Below, piece by piece: positions 1-9,123 of a DNA stretch of 64,000 nucleotides. Position 1 is the first letter of the stretch. Every line of letters begins with the position of its first letter. The translations under genes were made by a program, and so were the position numbers. Source of the DNA: an uncultured bacterium (lineage in GTDB: Bacteria; Verrucomicrobiota; Verrucomicrobiia; Limisphaerales; UBA8199); assembly GCA_963749495.1 (NCBI GenBank), contig CAVVMW010000015.1:128001-192000 (forward strand), in the 5' to 3' direction. The notes under the pieces are model-generated. The model saw nothing but the letters and a program-made list of their open reading frames with translations. It did not search any database and was not told the origin of the DNA.

Positions 1-1322
1 AACAGCGCCGGGCCGACCTCGATCGAGGCGTCGCGAATGATGTCCCAATGCGGTTTGCTGCCCTGGTCGCGCTCCAGATGCTTGTGAGCGTTCTCGATCA
101 TGATGATGACGGCATCAACCATGGCCCCGATGGCGATGGCGATGCCGCCCAGGGACATGATGTTGGAGCTGATGCCCTGGCCGAACATGACCAGGAAGGA
201 AATCAGGACCGCCGTGGGCAGAATGACGATCGCCACAAGCGCACTGCGCAGGTGCAGGAGAAAGGCCAGGCACACCAGGGCCACCACAATGCTCTCTTCC
301 AGGAGTTTCTCTTCGAGGGTGTTGACGGCGCGCTGGATGAGAGCGGTGCGGTCATAGACAATCTGGCAGGTGACATCCGCCGGCAGGCCCTTCATGGCCG
401 CATCGAGCCTCTTTTTCACGTCCAGGATCACCTGGCGGGCATTGGCCCCGTAGCGCACCACCACGATCCCGCCGACCGTTTCGCCCTCCCCGTTGAGCTC
501 GGCGATGCCCCGGCGCATGTCCGGTCCGAACTCGACATTGGCCACCTGGCGCAGCAGTATCGGCACTCCCTTGGCGCCCACGCCCAGGGCCACGCTGCGC
601 AGGTCCTCCAGGCCCTCGATGTAGCCGCGCACCCGCAGCATGAACTCCTTCTCCGAAAGTTCGATGGAACGGCCGCCCACCTCGCCGTTGCTCCGCTGGA
701 CTGCCCGCGCCACGTCCGAAATCGAGAGATTGAAGGCGCGCAGCTTGGCGGGATCAACCGTCACCTGGTATTGCTTGACGAAGCCGCCCACGGAGGCGAC
801 TTCCGAGACCCCTTCGACCGAGGCCAATTGGTAGCGCAAATACCAGTCCTGCATCGAGCGCAGTTCGGCCAGGTCGCGGTTGGTGGAATTGATCGAGTAC
901 ATGAAGGCCCAGCCGACGCCCGTGGCATCCGGACCGAGCGTGGGGGTGACATTCCTGGGCAACTGCGAGGCCAGACCGCTCAGATACTCCAGCACCCGGC
1001 TGCGCGCCCAATACGGGTCGGTCCCATCCTCGAAGATGACATACACGAACGAGAAGCCGTAGAACGAGTAGCCGCGCACGACCTTCGCCTTTGGCACCGA
1101 GAGCATCTTGGTCGTGATCGGGTAAGTGACCTGGTCCTGGACGATCTGCGGGGCCTGGCCGGGCCATTCGGTATAAACGATGACCTGCACGTCGGAGAGG
1201 TCGGGGATGGCGTCGAGCGGGATATTCTTCACCGCGTAGATGCCGCCCAGCAGCAGTCCGACCGTCCCCAGCACGACGACGAACTTGTTCCGGAGCGAGA
1301 AATCAATGATGCCCTTCAGCAT
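1..1322 (-). CDS. cusA: CusA/CzcA family heavy-metal efflux RND transporter permease (5' part; runs off window)
   Basis: Manual minus-strand translation from ATG 1322: MLKGIIDFSLRNKFVV...IPLDAIPDLSDVQVIVYTEWPGQAPQIVQDQVTYPITT...GPDATGVGW...SLGGIAIAIGAMVDA, hallmark HME-RND motifs. Confidence 0.95.
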   Translation of the reverse strand, partial: MLKGIIDFSLRNKFVVVLGTVGLLLGGIYAVKNIPLDAIPDLSDVQVIVYTEWPGQAPQIVQDQVTYPITTKMLSVPKAKVVRGYSFYGFSFVYVIFEDGTDPYWARSRVLEYLSGLASQLPRNVTPTLGPDATGVGWAFMYSINSTNRDLAELRSMQDWYLRYQLASVEGVSEVASVGGFVKQYQVTVDPAKLRAFNLSISDVARAVQRSNGEVGGRSIELSEKEFMLRVRGYIEGLEDLRSVALGVGAKGVPILLRQVANVEFGPDMRRGIAELNGEGETVGGIVVVRYGANARQVILDVKKRLDAAMKGLPADVTCQIVYDRTALIQRAVNTLEEKLLEESIVVALVCLAFLLHLRSALVAIVILPTAVLISFLVMFGQGISSNIMSLGGIAIAIGAMVDAVIIMIENAHKHLERDQGSKPHWDIIRDASIEVGPAL

Positions 1323-1345
1323 AGCGATTAGGCCCTAGACAACGG

Positions 1346-1459
1346 ATCCCCGAGGTCCTTAGAGCCGCCGTCCGCGAACGGGCCGCCGGGCGGTGTGAAT
1401 ACTGCCGTGTGCCCGAGGTTGCCGTTTTCTACGCTCACGAGCCCGACCACGTCCACTGA
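1346..1459 (+). pseudogene. N-terminal fragment of a small HNH endonuclease
   Basis: Reads IPEVLRAAVRERAAGRCEYCRVPEVAVFYAHEPDHVH*. The R...CEYC...H.DH pattern is typical of HNH N-termini; no start codon, truncated. Confidence 0.55.
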
Positions 1460-1490
1460 ACTGTTCAGGCGATCGGCGGGCTTCGAGACT

Positions 1491-1702
1491 CCGGCCCAAA
1501 GGGCCGGCAGAGTCCAGCCCAGGGCTGAGGCCGGCAGGCCGATGCCCTGGGAACAAGGCCCGGCGAAGTCGGGCGCGCCCTGAAGGGGCGCCAGAGGTTT
1601 CCGGCGCCCCTTCAGGGCACCGGGTCCGCGTTTGCGGTGCGACCCAGGGCATCGGCCTGCCGGCCTCAGCCCTGGGCTAGGTTCTGGCAGCCCTTTGGGC
1701 CG
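1491..1702. repeat. ~210-bp nested palindromic REP/REPIN-like element
   Basis: Arms CCCAGGGCTGAGGCCGGCAGGCCGATGCCCTGGG / CCCAGGGCATCGGCCTGCCGGCCTCAGCCCTGGG, with inner GCCCTGAAGGGGCG...CGCCCCTTCAGGGC. Confidence 0.85.
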
Positions 1703-1786
1703 CGACGCAACATGGGGATGGTGCCTCATCCTCTCCGCAGTTGATTCAGGGCGCGACATTCCTCTTGTACCTTTGCTCATGTCGGC

Positions 1787-3211
1787 TCACCTCATCCCGC
1801 CCGGACCAGCCTTGCCGGGCGAGGCCCGGGTGCCGCTATTGATCCCGCCCGCCCCCGAAGCCATCGGCGCACTGGCGGGTGCCATACCCTGGACGATCAG
1901 GGACAACTCGGCGAGGACCACCTCCCTTTGCATGGCCGTTTCCACCTTGGCCAGTTCGAACCCGAGCAGGGTCCGCTCACTGTCAGTCAGATTAAAGAAA
2001 TCGATCTGGCCGTCCAGGTAACCTGAGCGGGCGACCTCCAACGACCGGCGCGCCTTGGGCAAGAGTTGTTCATTGAGCAGCGCCAGGTTGCGCGTGGCCT
2101 CCCGATACAAGTACGACCTCTGGGCAAAATCGACTGCGAGCGCGATCTCTTCGCCCGAGAGCCGCGCCTCGGCCGAGCGCTTGTTGGCCTGGGCCTCGGC
2201 GATTTGTGCCGCGATCTTGTCGCGCCAGATCGGGAGCGAGACGGCGCCCGGATTTCCGGGCAAACGGTAGAGCGTCGGACTGGTCTGAGCATCAGCCATG
2301 AAGCCCAGACTGAAATCGGGCAGGCGCGCCTTTCGGGCCAAAAGGATCGAGGCCTCCGCAGCCCGGATCTCGGCGTCCATGGCCTTGAGACGCTGATTCT
2401 GGGCCAGAGCGGTTTCGAAGAGTTTGTCCGATGTCAGGTCCAGCGAGGTGGACTCGAAGTGCTGCGGCAGGGGTGGCGCCGGCTCCTGGGCCTTCATCCC
2501 CAGGGCGGCTTTGAACTGCGCCATGAGGGCGCTGCGCGAATCCTCCAGGTTGGCGAGCTCGGTCCGCAAGCGGTCCTCCTCGATTTGAGCCCGCAGCACG
2601 TCCTGGAGGGTGACCTTGCCGACCTCGTTCCGGGTGCGGGCCAGCGTTTCCAAACCGCTCAGCAATCGCAGGGTTTCGCGGTTGACCCGGATTTTTTCCT
2701 CCACGAAATAGAGTTGATAGTAGGCGCGCTTCACCTCGAAGGCGGTCCGGAGGACGGCGGAGCGGAACGTGAAGTATTTGGCCTGGCTTTGGGCCGAGGC
2801 GGCCTCGGCGCTGGCCCGCAGTTTGTCAGGCCAGGGAATGTTGCCCATCAGACCGGGCATGAGCGAGGTGACGACGTTCTGAATATCCATTTGAAACGTC
2901 AACTGCGGGTCGGGAAACGACCGCGCCTGCGCGATGCGCTCGACCCAGGCCGCCCAGTCGTAGTAGGCCGCTTCCACGCCAGGCACGTTGAGCATGGCGT
3001 AGGTGAGAAAGTTGCTCAGACTCGAATTGGGCGTCAGCACCGGAAGCGCGGGTTTGTTGCCCCCGGGCCGATACTCGGCCGCAACGGCTTGCGCCTGCTG
3101 GCGGGCGGCTGTCTCCCCTTTGGGGGGAATCCCTTTGCACCCTGCCAGGAGCAGGCCCGCGGCGGCAACACCCGCCACACCGGCGGTGCGGCTCAATCGG
3201 AAACCGTTCAT
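1787..3211 (-). CDS. TolC family outer membrane efflux lipoprotein (CusC-like)
   Basis: Lipobox LLAGC, OEP-type repeats (ARSFPDPQLT, VKRAYYQL, ARLPDFSL, ARSGYLDGQIDFFNL); upstream of cusA. Confidence 0.9.
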   Translation of the reverse strand: MNGFRLSRTAGVAGVAAAGLLLAGCKGIPPKGETAARQQAQAVAAEYRPGGNKPALPVLTPNSSLSNFLTYAMLNVPGVEAAYYDWAAWVERIAQARSFPDPQLTFQMDIQNVVTSLMPGLMGNIPWPDKLRASAEAASAQSQAKYFTFRSAVLRTAFEVKRAYYQLYFVEEKIRVNRETLRLLSGLETLARTRNEVGKVTLQDVLRAQIEEDRLRTELANLEDSRSALMAQFKAALGMKAQEPAPPLPQHFESTSLDLTSDKLFETALAQNQRLKAMDAEIRAAEASILLARKARLPDFSLGFMADAQTSPTLYRLPGNPGAVSLPIWRDKIAAQIAEAQANKRSAEARLSGEEIALAVDFAQRSYLYREATRNLALLNEQLLPKARRSLEVARSGYLDGQIDFFNLTDSERTLLGFELAKVETAMQREVVLAELSLIVQGMAPASAPMASGAGGINSGTRASPGKAGPGGMR

Positions 3212-3345
3212 AATGCGCTCACCTGCATCTTCCTTTTCCACTACGCCGCAGAGTGCGCCTCCCCTCTGCTGATTTCCAGAAAAATGAAATGAGGCTGCTT
3301 TGTCTTGCCACGGGCTCGCGGCTCAGCTTAGGGTTCAGGCATCTG

Positions 3346-3826
3346 ATGAGCTTCGCTATCAGCCCAATCACGCCTGCCGAAATCCCGGAACTGCTGACGC
3401 TGATCCGCGAGTTGGCCCGGTTCGAGCGCCTGGAGCACGAGGTCGAGGCCACCGTGGAGTCCCTGCACGATTGCCTCTTCGGTCCACAACTGGTGGCCAG
3501 CGCGCTGTTGGCGCGCCAGGACCAGGAACTGGCCGGCTACGCCATTTACTTCTTCACCTTCTCCAGCTTCGTCGGCCGCCGAGGGCTTTGGCTGGACGAT
3601 GTTCTATGTGCGGCCGGCCTTTCGCTGGCAGGGCCTGGGCCGGGCCTTGCTCAGGCAGGTGGCCGGCATAGCGGCGCGCCGCGGCTGCGGCCGCCTCGAG
3701 TGGTCGGCCCTGCGTTGGAACCAGGACGCCTTGCAGTTCTATGCGAAGCTGGGCGCGACACCGCTTGACGAATGGGTCACATTCCGCATGAAGGAACAAG
3801 AAATCAGGAAGCTGGCCCAGGACTGA
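3346..3826 (+). CDS. GNAT family N-acetyltransferase (diamine acetyltransferase-like), frameshift near 3600
   Basis: LIRELARFE...GYAIYFFTFSSFVGRRGLWLDD continues in another frame as FYVRPAFRWQGLGRALL...RLEWSALRWN..ALQFYAKLGA. Confidence 0.88.
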
Positions 3827-4163
3827 GGTCGGCGAGGATCGCCTCCACCTGCCTCACCAAAGCTGGCGCGTGTGTGACCAGTACATCCCAGATGATCTCG
3901 TAATCCACGCCATCGTAACCATGGGCGAGCCAGTTCCTCATGCCGATGATCTGTCGCCACGGGATTGCCGGATAGCGCCGCTGGACCTCATCGGGCACGC
4001 GGTTCGCCGCTTCGCCGATCAGTTCCACGATGCGCTCGGCATGGCGGCGGAAGCCCCGATCGCGGTCGAGGTCCGCACGCACGCGCCCGACCGCGACTTC
4101 GGTCGCCTCCTGAGCGAAATCCCGCAACTCCCGCAGCGTTGTCAGAACGTCGCCGCCACTCAT
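3804..4163 (-). CDS. HepT-like (DUF86) HEPN ribonuclease toxin
   Basis: IVELIGEAANRV...IPWRQIIGMRNWLAHGYDGVD contains RX4HXY. Confidence 0.9.
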   Translation of the reverse strand: MSGGDVLTTLRELRDFAQEATEVAVGRVRADLDRDRGFRRHAERIVELIGEAANRVPDEVQRRYPAIPWRQIIGMRNWLAHGYDGVDYEIIWDVLVTHAPALVRQVEAILADLSPGPAS

Positions 4164-4169
4164 GGATCG

Positions 4170-4481
4170 TCATCCCCGCTCATAGATCGCCAAGGCCGTA
4201 GCCTGAACCTTCTCCCGAAAGTACTTGCTCAACATTGCGGGCGTATTGAAGTCCAGCTTCCCGGGCAGCAGGGCTGTGAGTTCATCCTGGTAACGGAAGT
4301 GGGCCAGCCCTGGATGCCGCCCGGGCGAGTATTCTACCAGCACATCAACGTCACTCCGCTGCGGGTCGAAATCATCCCGCAACACCGAGCCGAACAAGCT
4401 CAGTTTGCGAATGCCCCGCTCGCGGCAAAAGGCCGCGATTTTCTCGGAGTCTACTCGGATCGGCAGGTCGGAGATGCTCAT
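4170..4481 (-). CDS. Minimal nucleotidyltransferase (MntA-like) antitoxin
   Basis: LSLFGSVLRDDFDPQRSDVDVLVE (GS...DxD); directly upstream of the HEPN gene. Confidence 0.9.
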   Translation of the reverse strand: MSISDLPIRVDSEKIAAFCRERGIRKLSLFGSVLRDDFDPQRSDVDVLVEYSPGRHPGLAHFRYQDELTALLPGKLDFNTPAMLSKYFREKVQATALAIYERG

Positions 4482-4601
4482 AATCCGGGGTCCGGAGAAC
4501 GAATAATTGCCATAGCTCGATCATAATGCTTTGTGCGGGCGGCGCAAGCCCTCCAAGCCTTCGGAAGATACCCTGCGCCAATTCAATCCCCAAGCCGGCC
4601 C

Positions 4602-6122
4602 TCATCGAGCCCGCCACAGGCAGGTGGTGATCGAGAGGGGCGCGAGCGTCAGGCGCGCGGATCCAGGGCCGAAGTCCAGGCGGACCTCGTTGGCGGCGTC
4701 GCGGCTGTTGATGAGTTCGGCTATCAACCCGCCTTCGGGGCCTTTGAAGGCCAGGCACCGCGCGCCTGCGGCCGAGCCCGTCACCGCCAGGCGCACGGCC
4801 CCCGGGCGCACGAATTTGCTGAAGTGGGCCAGGTAGTAATAGCAGCCGGTGTAGATGACCTGGTGGGTCTCCCGGTGGATGATGACGACCGGGTGCTGAA
4901 TGTTGTCCTCGGGGTTGCCATGAATGGGGGAGACCAGCCACGGACCGCCGTTCTGGTCGAGGATGAGGTTCCAGTAAATCCAGGCGGAGGCGCCCGCCTC
5001 GATGTCGGAGAAGATCTGCTGCCCCCAAAAATCGCCGTCCTCGAAATCCGTGCGAGGCAGTTTCATCTGCTTGGGGGTGCCAGCCTCGTAGGCATGGCAC
5101 AGTTCGGTCATCCAAAGCGGCAGCTCCGGGTAGCGCGCGTGCAGGCCGGCGATGGCCTGGAAGTGCGTGTGGTCGTAACCGTGGTAGGGCAACACAGCCA
5201 GGCAGCGGCGCGCCTGCGGGTCGTCCAGCACGACCGGGTAGCTCTTCCCGGCCTCGTCCCGGCTGGGCGCCTCGCTGGGCATGAGCCGGGTGCTCAGGCC
5301 CGAGCGCGCCAGCAACGGGGCCACATGGCCCGTCAACAGCTCGCGAATCTTGCTGTAAGCAATCTTCGTATAGACCCCCGGCTCGTTGAAGAGGCTCAGG
5401 TAATCGATGTGTACCCCATTCCTCTCGTACTCCTGGAGATACCGCAGGTAGTAGAGCGCCAGCGCGTCGAAGTATTTCGGGTCCACGTCCTGGTTGGTCT
5501 TGACATCGAAGAGCATCCAGTCCGGCGGATAGTCCATGGGCGCCTGGAGCACGAAACGGCCGTGTTTTTGGGCGCGCTTGATGAACGGGACCAGGCCATT
5601 GGGGCCGAGGTCGCGGGCGATGCTGAAGTGCTTCATCTCCACGTCGCCCGGCGTGTCGTCGTAAGTGTACCACGGCCCGGCCGACATGAAGTCCGTGCCG
5701 GCCAGGGGCGTCTTCATGGCGGAGAAACCGGCGCCACGGTCAGGATCGAAAAGGGCCTCCAGCACCTTTTCCTGGGCCTCAGCCGGCAGGGTGTTCAGGC
5801 AAACCATCCCGGCTTCGAGGATCGACCCGCCAAAACCGGCCATGGTCTGGAGCGTGACCTGGTCGTCGATGCGAAAGGCGTTGGTGTCAGGCCCGGACCG
5901 GGCGGCAAATCGGAGCGCCGGCTGGGTGGCGAGCCGCTCGCCTGTTTTGGCCGACACGATGAGCGTCACCTCCTGGCCCGGCGCGACCCCAGCGCACCAA
6001 CCGGCTGCCAGCGCCAAAACAAGCCAGCGCCCCAGGGCCGGGCGCGCCCGATACAGCCCGCCCTTTCTTGAGTTCGAGGAAGTCAGGAGCGACGTGGATG
6101 CGCTGGCAGGATGAGTCTTCAT
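4602..6122 (-). CDS. Glycoside hydrolase family 30 (glucosylceramidase-like), secreted
   Basis: QTMAGFGG, GTDF, NEP acid/base, WMTELC nucleophile, WNLILDQNGGP, YLAHFSKFVRPGA. Confidence 0.92.
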   Translation of the reverse strand: MKTHPASASTSLLTSSNSRKGGLYRARPALGRWLVLALAAGWCAGVAPGQEVTLIVSAKTGERLATQPALRFAARSGPDTNAFRIDDQVTLQTMAGFGGSILEAGMVCLNTLPAEAQEKVLEALFDPDRGAGFSAMKTPLAGTDFMSAGPWYTYDDTPGDVEMKHFSIARDLGPNGLVPFIKRAQKHGRFVLQAPMDYPPDWMLFDVKTNQDVDPKYFDALALYYLRYLQEYERNGVHIDYLSLFNEPGVYTKIAYSKIRELLTGHVAPLLARSGLSTRLMPSEAPSRDEAGKSYPVVLDDPQARRCLAVLPYHGYDHTHFQAIAGLHARYPELPLWMTELCHAYEAGTPKQMKLPRTDFEDGDFWGQQIFSDIEAGASAWIYWNLILDQNGGPWLVSPIHGNPEDNIQHPVVIIHRETHQVIYTGCYYYLAHFSKFVRPGAVRLAVTGSAAGARCLAFKGPEGGLIAELINSRDAANEVRLDFGPGSARLTLAPLSITTCLWRAR

Positions 6123-6394
6123 ATCATTTTCCGGGTCCCGGCAGTAGAGCAAGGAAAAGCGGTCTTGTCAATGCGGCCTCTGAATTGCAGACCCCCGGGC
6201 CTAAACAGGCTCAGTCCCGCATTTTCGCATGTTCCTGCTTTCTGATTCCAGGAGGCCAGCATGCGCGCCGACCCGAACGCTTGTGTTTCACGGTCAATTA
6301 CGAGGCCCTGAACCGGCTCACAACGGGAAGAATCCTCCGTCGAGCGTCGAGGGTGACCACCGTGGCCCGAATCGGCCGGTTGGTCAAGGAGGCG

Positions 6395-6443
6395 CAGCCT
6401 TCCCAAGCCTGAGATGAGGGTTCGATTCCCTTCACCCGCTCCA
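6395..6443 (+). other. 3' half of tRNA-Gly(CCC); probable att site of an integrative island
   Basis: CTTCCCAAGCCTGAGATGAGGGTTCGATTCCCTTCACCCGCTCCA matches anticodon loop, T-arm and acceptor 3' strand plus CCA. No complementary 5' GCGGGT or D-arm upstream. Confidence 0.8.
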
Positions 6444-6539
6444 TTGATTATCAAGGACTTACCGTTTTCCAGGGAAAGATGCGTCCGGGCGGGCGAGCCT
6501 TGGCGTCCCTTCAGGCGCCGGCGGTGATAAATCGATGAA

Positions 6540-6569
6540 TTGACCGCTGCAGTTAAGTTTTGGTATATT
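6540..6569 (+). promoter_or_regulatory. Putative sigma70 promoter with extended -10
   Basis: TTGACC-18 nt-TATATT with TGn before the -10, 7 nt upstream of ATG 6577 (leaderless geometry). Confidence 0.4.
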
Positions 6570-6576
6570 GCAGGCA

Positions 6577-6958
6577 ATGAGAACGTCCGGAAAGGAAACG
6601 CGAGCAGAGGCATCACCGAACAGTTCCACCGCCAGGTGTGGATTTGGCCGCCCTAGCGGACGAAGTTCGGTATGTTGGCAGTCCTGAACACAAGCTGACG
6701 GCCTCGTTCGCTGGACACCCCGCTCCAAGATCGGACGCCTCTATTTGCGACTCGTCACTGGCAAACCAGCGAGAGATGGTTCAGTCCTGGCTCCGCGAAG
6801 CCTTGCGTTCTGGAAACTGCGGAGGTCCTTGGGAGGGACGCTTCCCTCGCTACGTTTGGAGGAGAGCCGGCCAAGAAGCCCACGAGGCCCGGCTCACAAA
6901 TCGCTCAACCGGCGAATATAAGGGCTATCCGATAGGAATTGAAGAATGCCCGATCTAG
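6577..6958 (+). CDS. Small conserved hypothetical protein, possible nuclease toxin (start 6577 needs a 1-nt indel, otherwise GTG 6638)
   Basis: VRYVGSPEHK...RSDASICD...WEGRFPRYVW...EARLTNRSTGEYKGYP; overlaps the next gene by 13 nt. Confidence 0.65.
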
Positions 6959-8262
6959 GCAACAATCTCAAGCTTTCGGTCGAATGGGAAGACCCGGGGG
7001 CCGCGAGGGGAGAAGAGTTGCGCGCAACCTGGTGTCGTCTTTCGATCCACGTGGGGCAGACGCCTGTAACGCGCGTCCATGATGAGCGAGCCCAAACCGT
7101 TCGCGAGGCGGTTTACTGCTCTGCATACCCATTGGCGGAATGGTTCGCCTTCAATTGGTGGCCGTTGCTCAACGAGCCTGAACGGCCACTCTTATCCTCC
7201 GTCGGCGAGCGCCATAATTTGCGCAATGCTCGGGAGGGGTTTGCGCTTCCTGATCTGGAGTTGTTTTCGGAGGATTCTCTGATTCGCGCCGTGTGGAAAC
7301 CGTACAAACCGGCTGCTGCACCGGTGCGATTTCTCGACAAAGGCTTCGCTCTCCTGGACAGCGAAGCGGTGGCGTCGGAAATAGGAGCTTTCGTTGACAA
7401 GGTCGTGGCGAGGTTGGAATCAAAAGACGTGTCGCAGGCCTGCCTGAATGACGAATGGAGGGCGATCCGTCAAGCGTCACAAGCAGAACGGGAGTTCTGT
7501 GAAACCACAGGCGCACTTGGCCTTGACCCTTATGCCTTGGACGATGGCAAGGCGGAGGAGATTCTTTCCATTGCCGAGAGTCTCCCCGTCGAGATGAAAC
7601 GAGAATTCTTCCTGGCTGCGGATTCGGCCGCTCTCACCCAACAAGCCCAGTGGATTTTGAAATGTCTTCGGCAGTTGGGGGGATTCGAGATTAAGACGAA
7701 ACTGGCGGGAAAAAAGGGGCTTTATCATGGACAGGCGGGAGCCTCGACGCCTTGGCAGAAAGGATACGATCTCGCCAGAACCTTCAGAAAGGATTTTGGT
7801 CTTGGCAAAACAGATAAACCGCTGAGTATTGAAAAACTGTGCGGCCTGAAGAAGGGCAACCTCCCGGTGATCCGGGTCGGTGATGAGCGTCAATTGGATG
7901 CGGTCGCTAAACTTACACCCGAGCTTGGACCGCAGGTGGCGACCTCCAAAAACCGCGAGAGCAGCAAGCATTACTTGTTGGCCCGGGCGGTTTGTGAGTA
8001 TTTGTGCAGTGGCCTGGAGGAATCCGCACTTCTGACGCGTGTCAGTTCTGACAAACAGAAGCGCAATCGGGCATTCGCGGCGGAGTTGCTTGCGCCTGCA
8101 AACGGCGTCCGCAAGCTCTTATCTGGATCTCGAATACTCCGCGATGAAGTCGCCGAAGTTGCAGATCACTTTGGCGTGTCAGAGTGGCTTGTCGAGCATC
8201 AAGTGCAGAACCACCGGATTGCCGTCATCGAGGAAACAACACCTTTGTTGGCATCCGAGTGA
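6946..8262 (+). CDS. ImmA/IrrE (peptidase M78)-like protein with degenerate metal motif
   Basis: C-terminal KRNRAFAAELLAP...VAEVADHFGVS matches the IrrE ANxFAAELLMP + HTH; the HExxH position reads RAVCE. Confidence 0.75.
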   Translation: MPDLGNNLKLSVEWEDPGAARGEELRATWCRLSIHVGQTPVTRVHDERAQTVREAVYCSAYPLAEWFAFNWWPLLNEPERPLLSSVGERHNLRNAREGFALPDLELFSEDSLIRAVWKPYKPAAAPVRFLDKGFALLDSEAVASEIGAFVDKVVARLESKDVSQACLNDEWRAIRQASQAEREFCETTGALGLDPYALDDGKAEEILSIAESLPVEMKREFFLAADSAALTQQAQWILKCLRQLGGFEIKTKLAGKKGLYHGQAGASTPWQKGYDLARTFRKDFGLGKTDKPLSIEKLCGLKKGNLPVIRVGDERQLDAVAKLTPELGPQVATSKNRESSKHYLLARAVCEYLCSGLEESALLTRVSSDKQKRNRAFAAELLAPANGVRKLLSGSRILRDEVAEVADHFGVSEWLVEHQVQNHRIAVIEETTPLLASE

Positions 8263-8357
8263 TTTGGCGGCAGGGCGCCTTTCGACACAACCGCTATGCG
8301 GCCCTCTTGTTTGCGCTGACAAGCTACGGGGCCCGGGAAAGGGGGCAAACCGAGGGC

Positions 8358-8433
8358 AAGGGGATCAAACCATAACTTTTCCACGACTGAAGGCGGCGCT
8401 TTCACAGAGGAAAAGTTATGGTTGACCCCTTTT
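8358..8433. repeat. Inverted repeat of the type flanking RAYT/Y1 transposases
   Basis: AAGGGGATCAAACCATAACTTTT ... AAAAGTTATGGTTGACCCCTT. Confidence 0.55.
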
Positions 8434-8436
8434 CTT

Positions 8437-8688
8437 GCCATCAGGTCCTGCCCACGTTTCCCCCACCCCCTCTTACCATCCCGTACGGCGAGTTTTCCCC
8501 AACGGTTGGAAGCCAGCCTTGTCGCTCGGCGCCCTTCCGCAGCCGTCCCCGGCGGCGTTTGATGCGGAGCCTGCGTTCCTTTCCGTGTCTGGCTCAGAGT
8601 CCAGATGTATCGGTCCGCGGCTGTGCCCAGAGGCCCTTGGCTCAGCACGGTTTGCACCTGCGAGCATGTCCAAGGTTGAAGGCTGCAC
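8437..8688 (-). ncRNA. 3' remnant of a group II intron (DV and start of DVI), truncated both sides
   Basis: Minus strand AACCGTTGGGGAAAACTCGCCGTACGGGATGGTAAGAGGGGG...GGAAACGTGGGC resembles a DV hairpin (GAAA loop, CGTAC bulge) followed by DVI; no RT ORF. Confidence 0.55.
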
Positions 8689-8740
8689 ATAGGAATTTGC
8701 TTTTTTGCCGCGCCGCCGATTATTGACGCTACGCGGGTGA
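8689..8740 (-). mobile_element. IS91-family oriIS-like end, copy 1 (degenerate)
   Basis: Near-identical to copies at 11080 and 12808; minus strand ends ...AAAAAGCAAATTCCTAT. Confidence 0.65.
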
Positions 8741-8979
8741 TCTACACCCTCATCCAAAGCTGCCGCCGTTATGGGATCAATCCGCAGGATTACCTCACCG
8801 GCGTTCTGCAGCGCCTGCCATCAATGACCAGCAGCCAGGTGCGGCAGTTACTGCCCGCCAACTGGAAGCCCCGCCAGGCCTAGCCGGGCCGCCGACCTTA
8901 ACAGGGGGGGCCGAACTGGATCTCTTCATTTTAGCAGTCGTCGTGCCCGCGTCTACGCCGCACCCCCCATATCGCTTAC
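8740..8979 (+). mobile_element. IS66 family remnant: TnpC C-terminus and right end
   Basis: IYTLIQSCRRYGINPQDYLTGVLQRLPSMTSSQVRQLLPANWK* (8740-8883), then terminal CGCTTAC (IS66 GTAAGCG end) at 8973-8979. Confidence 0.85.
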
Positions 8980-9123
8980 TGCAAAAATGGGGAATGGCAA
9001 ATGCTCGATGCTCAGTGCTCAATGAGTGAGCACCAGGTCGAAACCGTGGCCACGCCAAGGACTGGCGTTGAGCCAAAGGCCCGGCCCCATGGATACTTGC
9101 CGCCCCACTCGGGTAGCACGTGG

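Noticed and set aside
48..1331. Long plus-strand ORF, and similar antisense ORFs over gyrB, gyrA, GH30 and others
   Set aside because: Shadow ORFs of GC-rich coding strands
6370..6443. Complete tRNA-Gly gene
   Set aside because: No 5' acceptor strand or D-arm, and the anticodon stem has a mismatch
8435..8446. TTGCCATCAG as the inverted-repeat partner of CTGATAGCAA, implying a DDE IS
   Set aside because: Only 9/10 match, wrong arrangement, and it reads naturally as part of the intron DVI-like sequence
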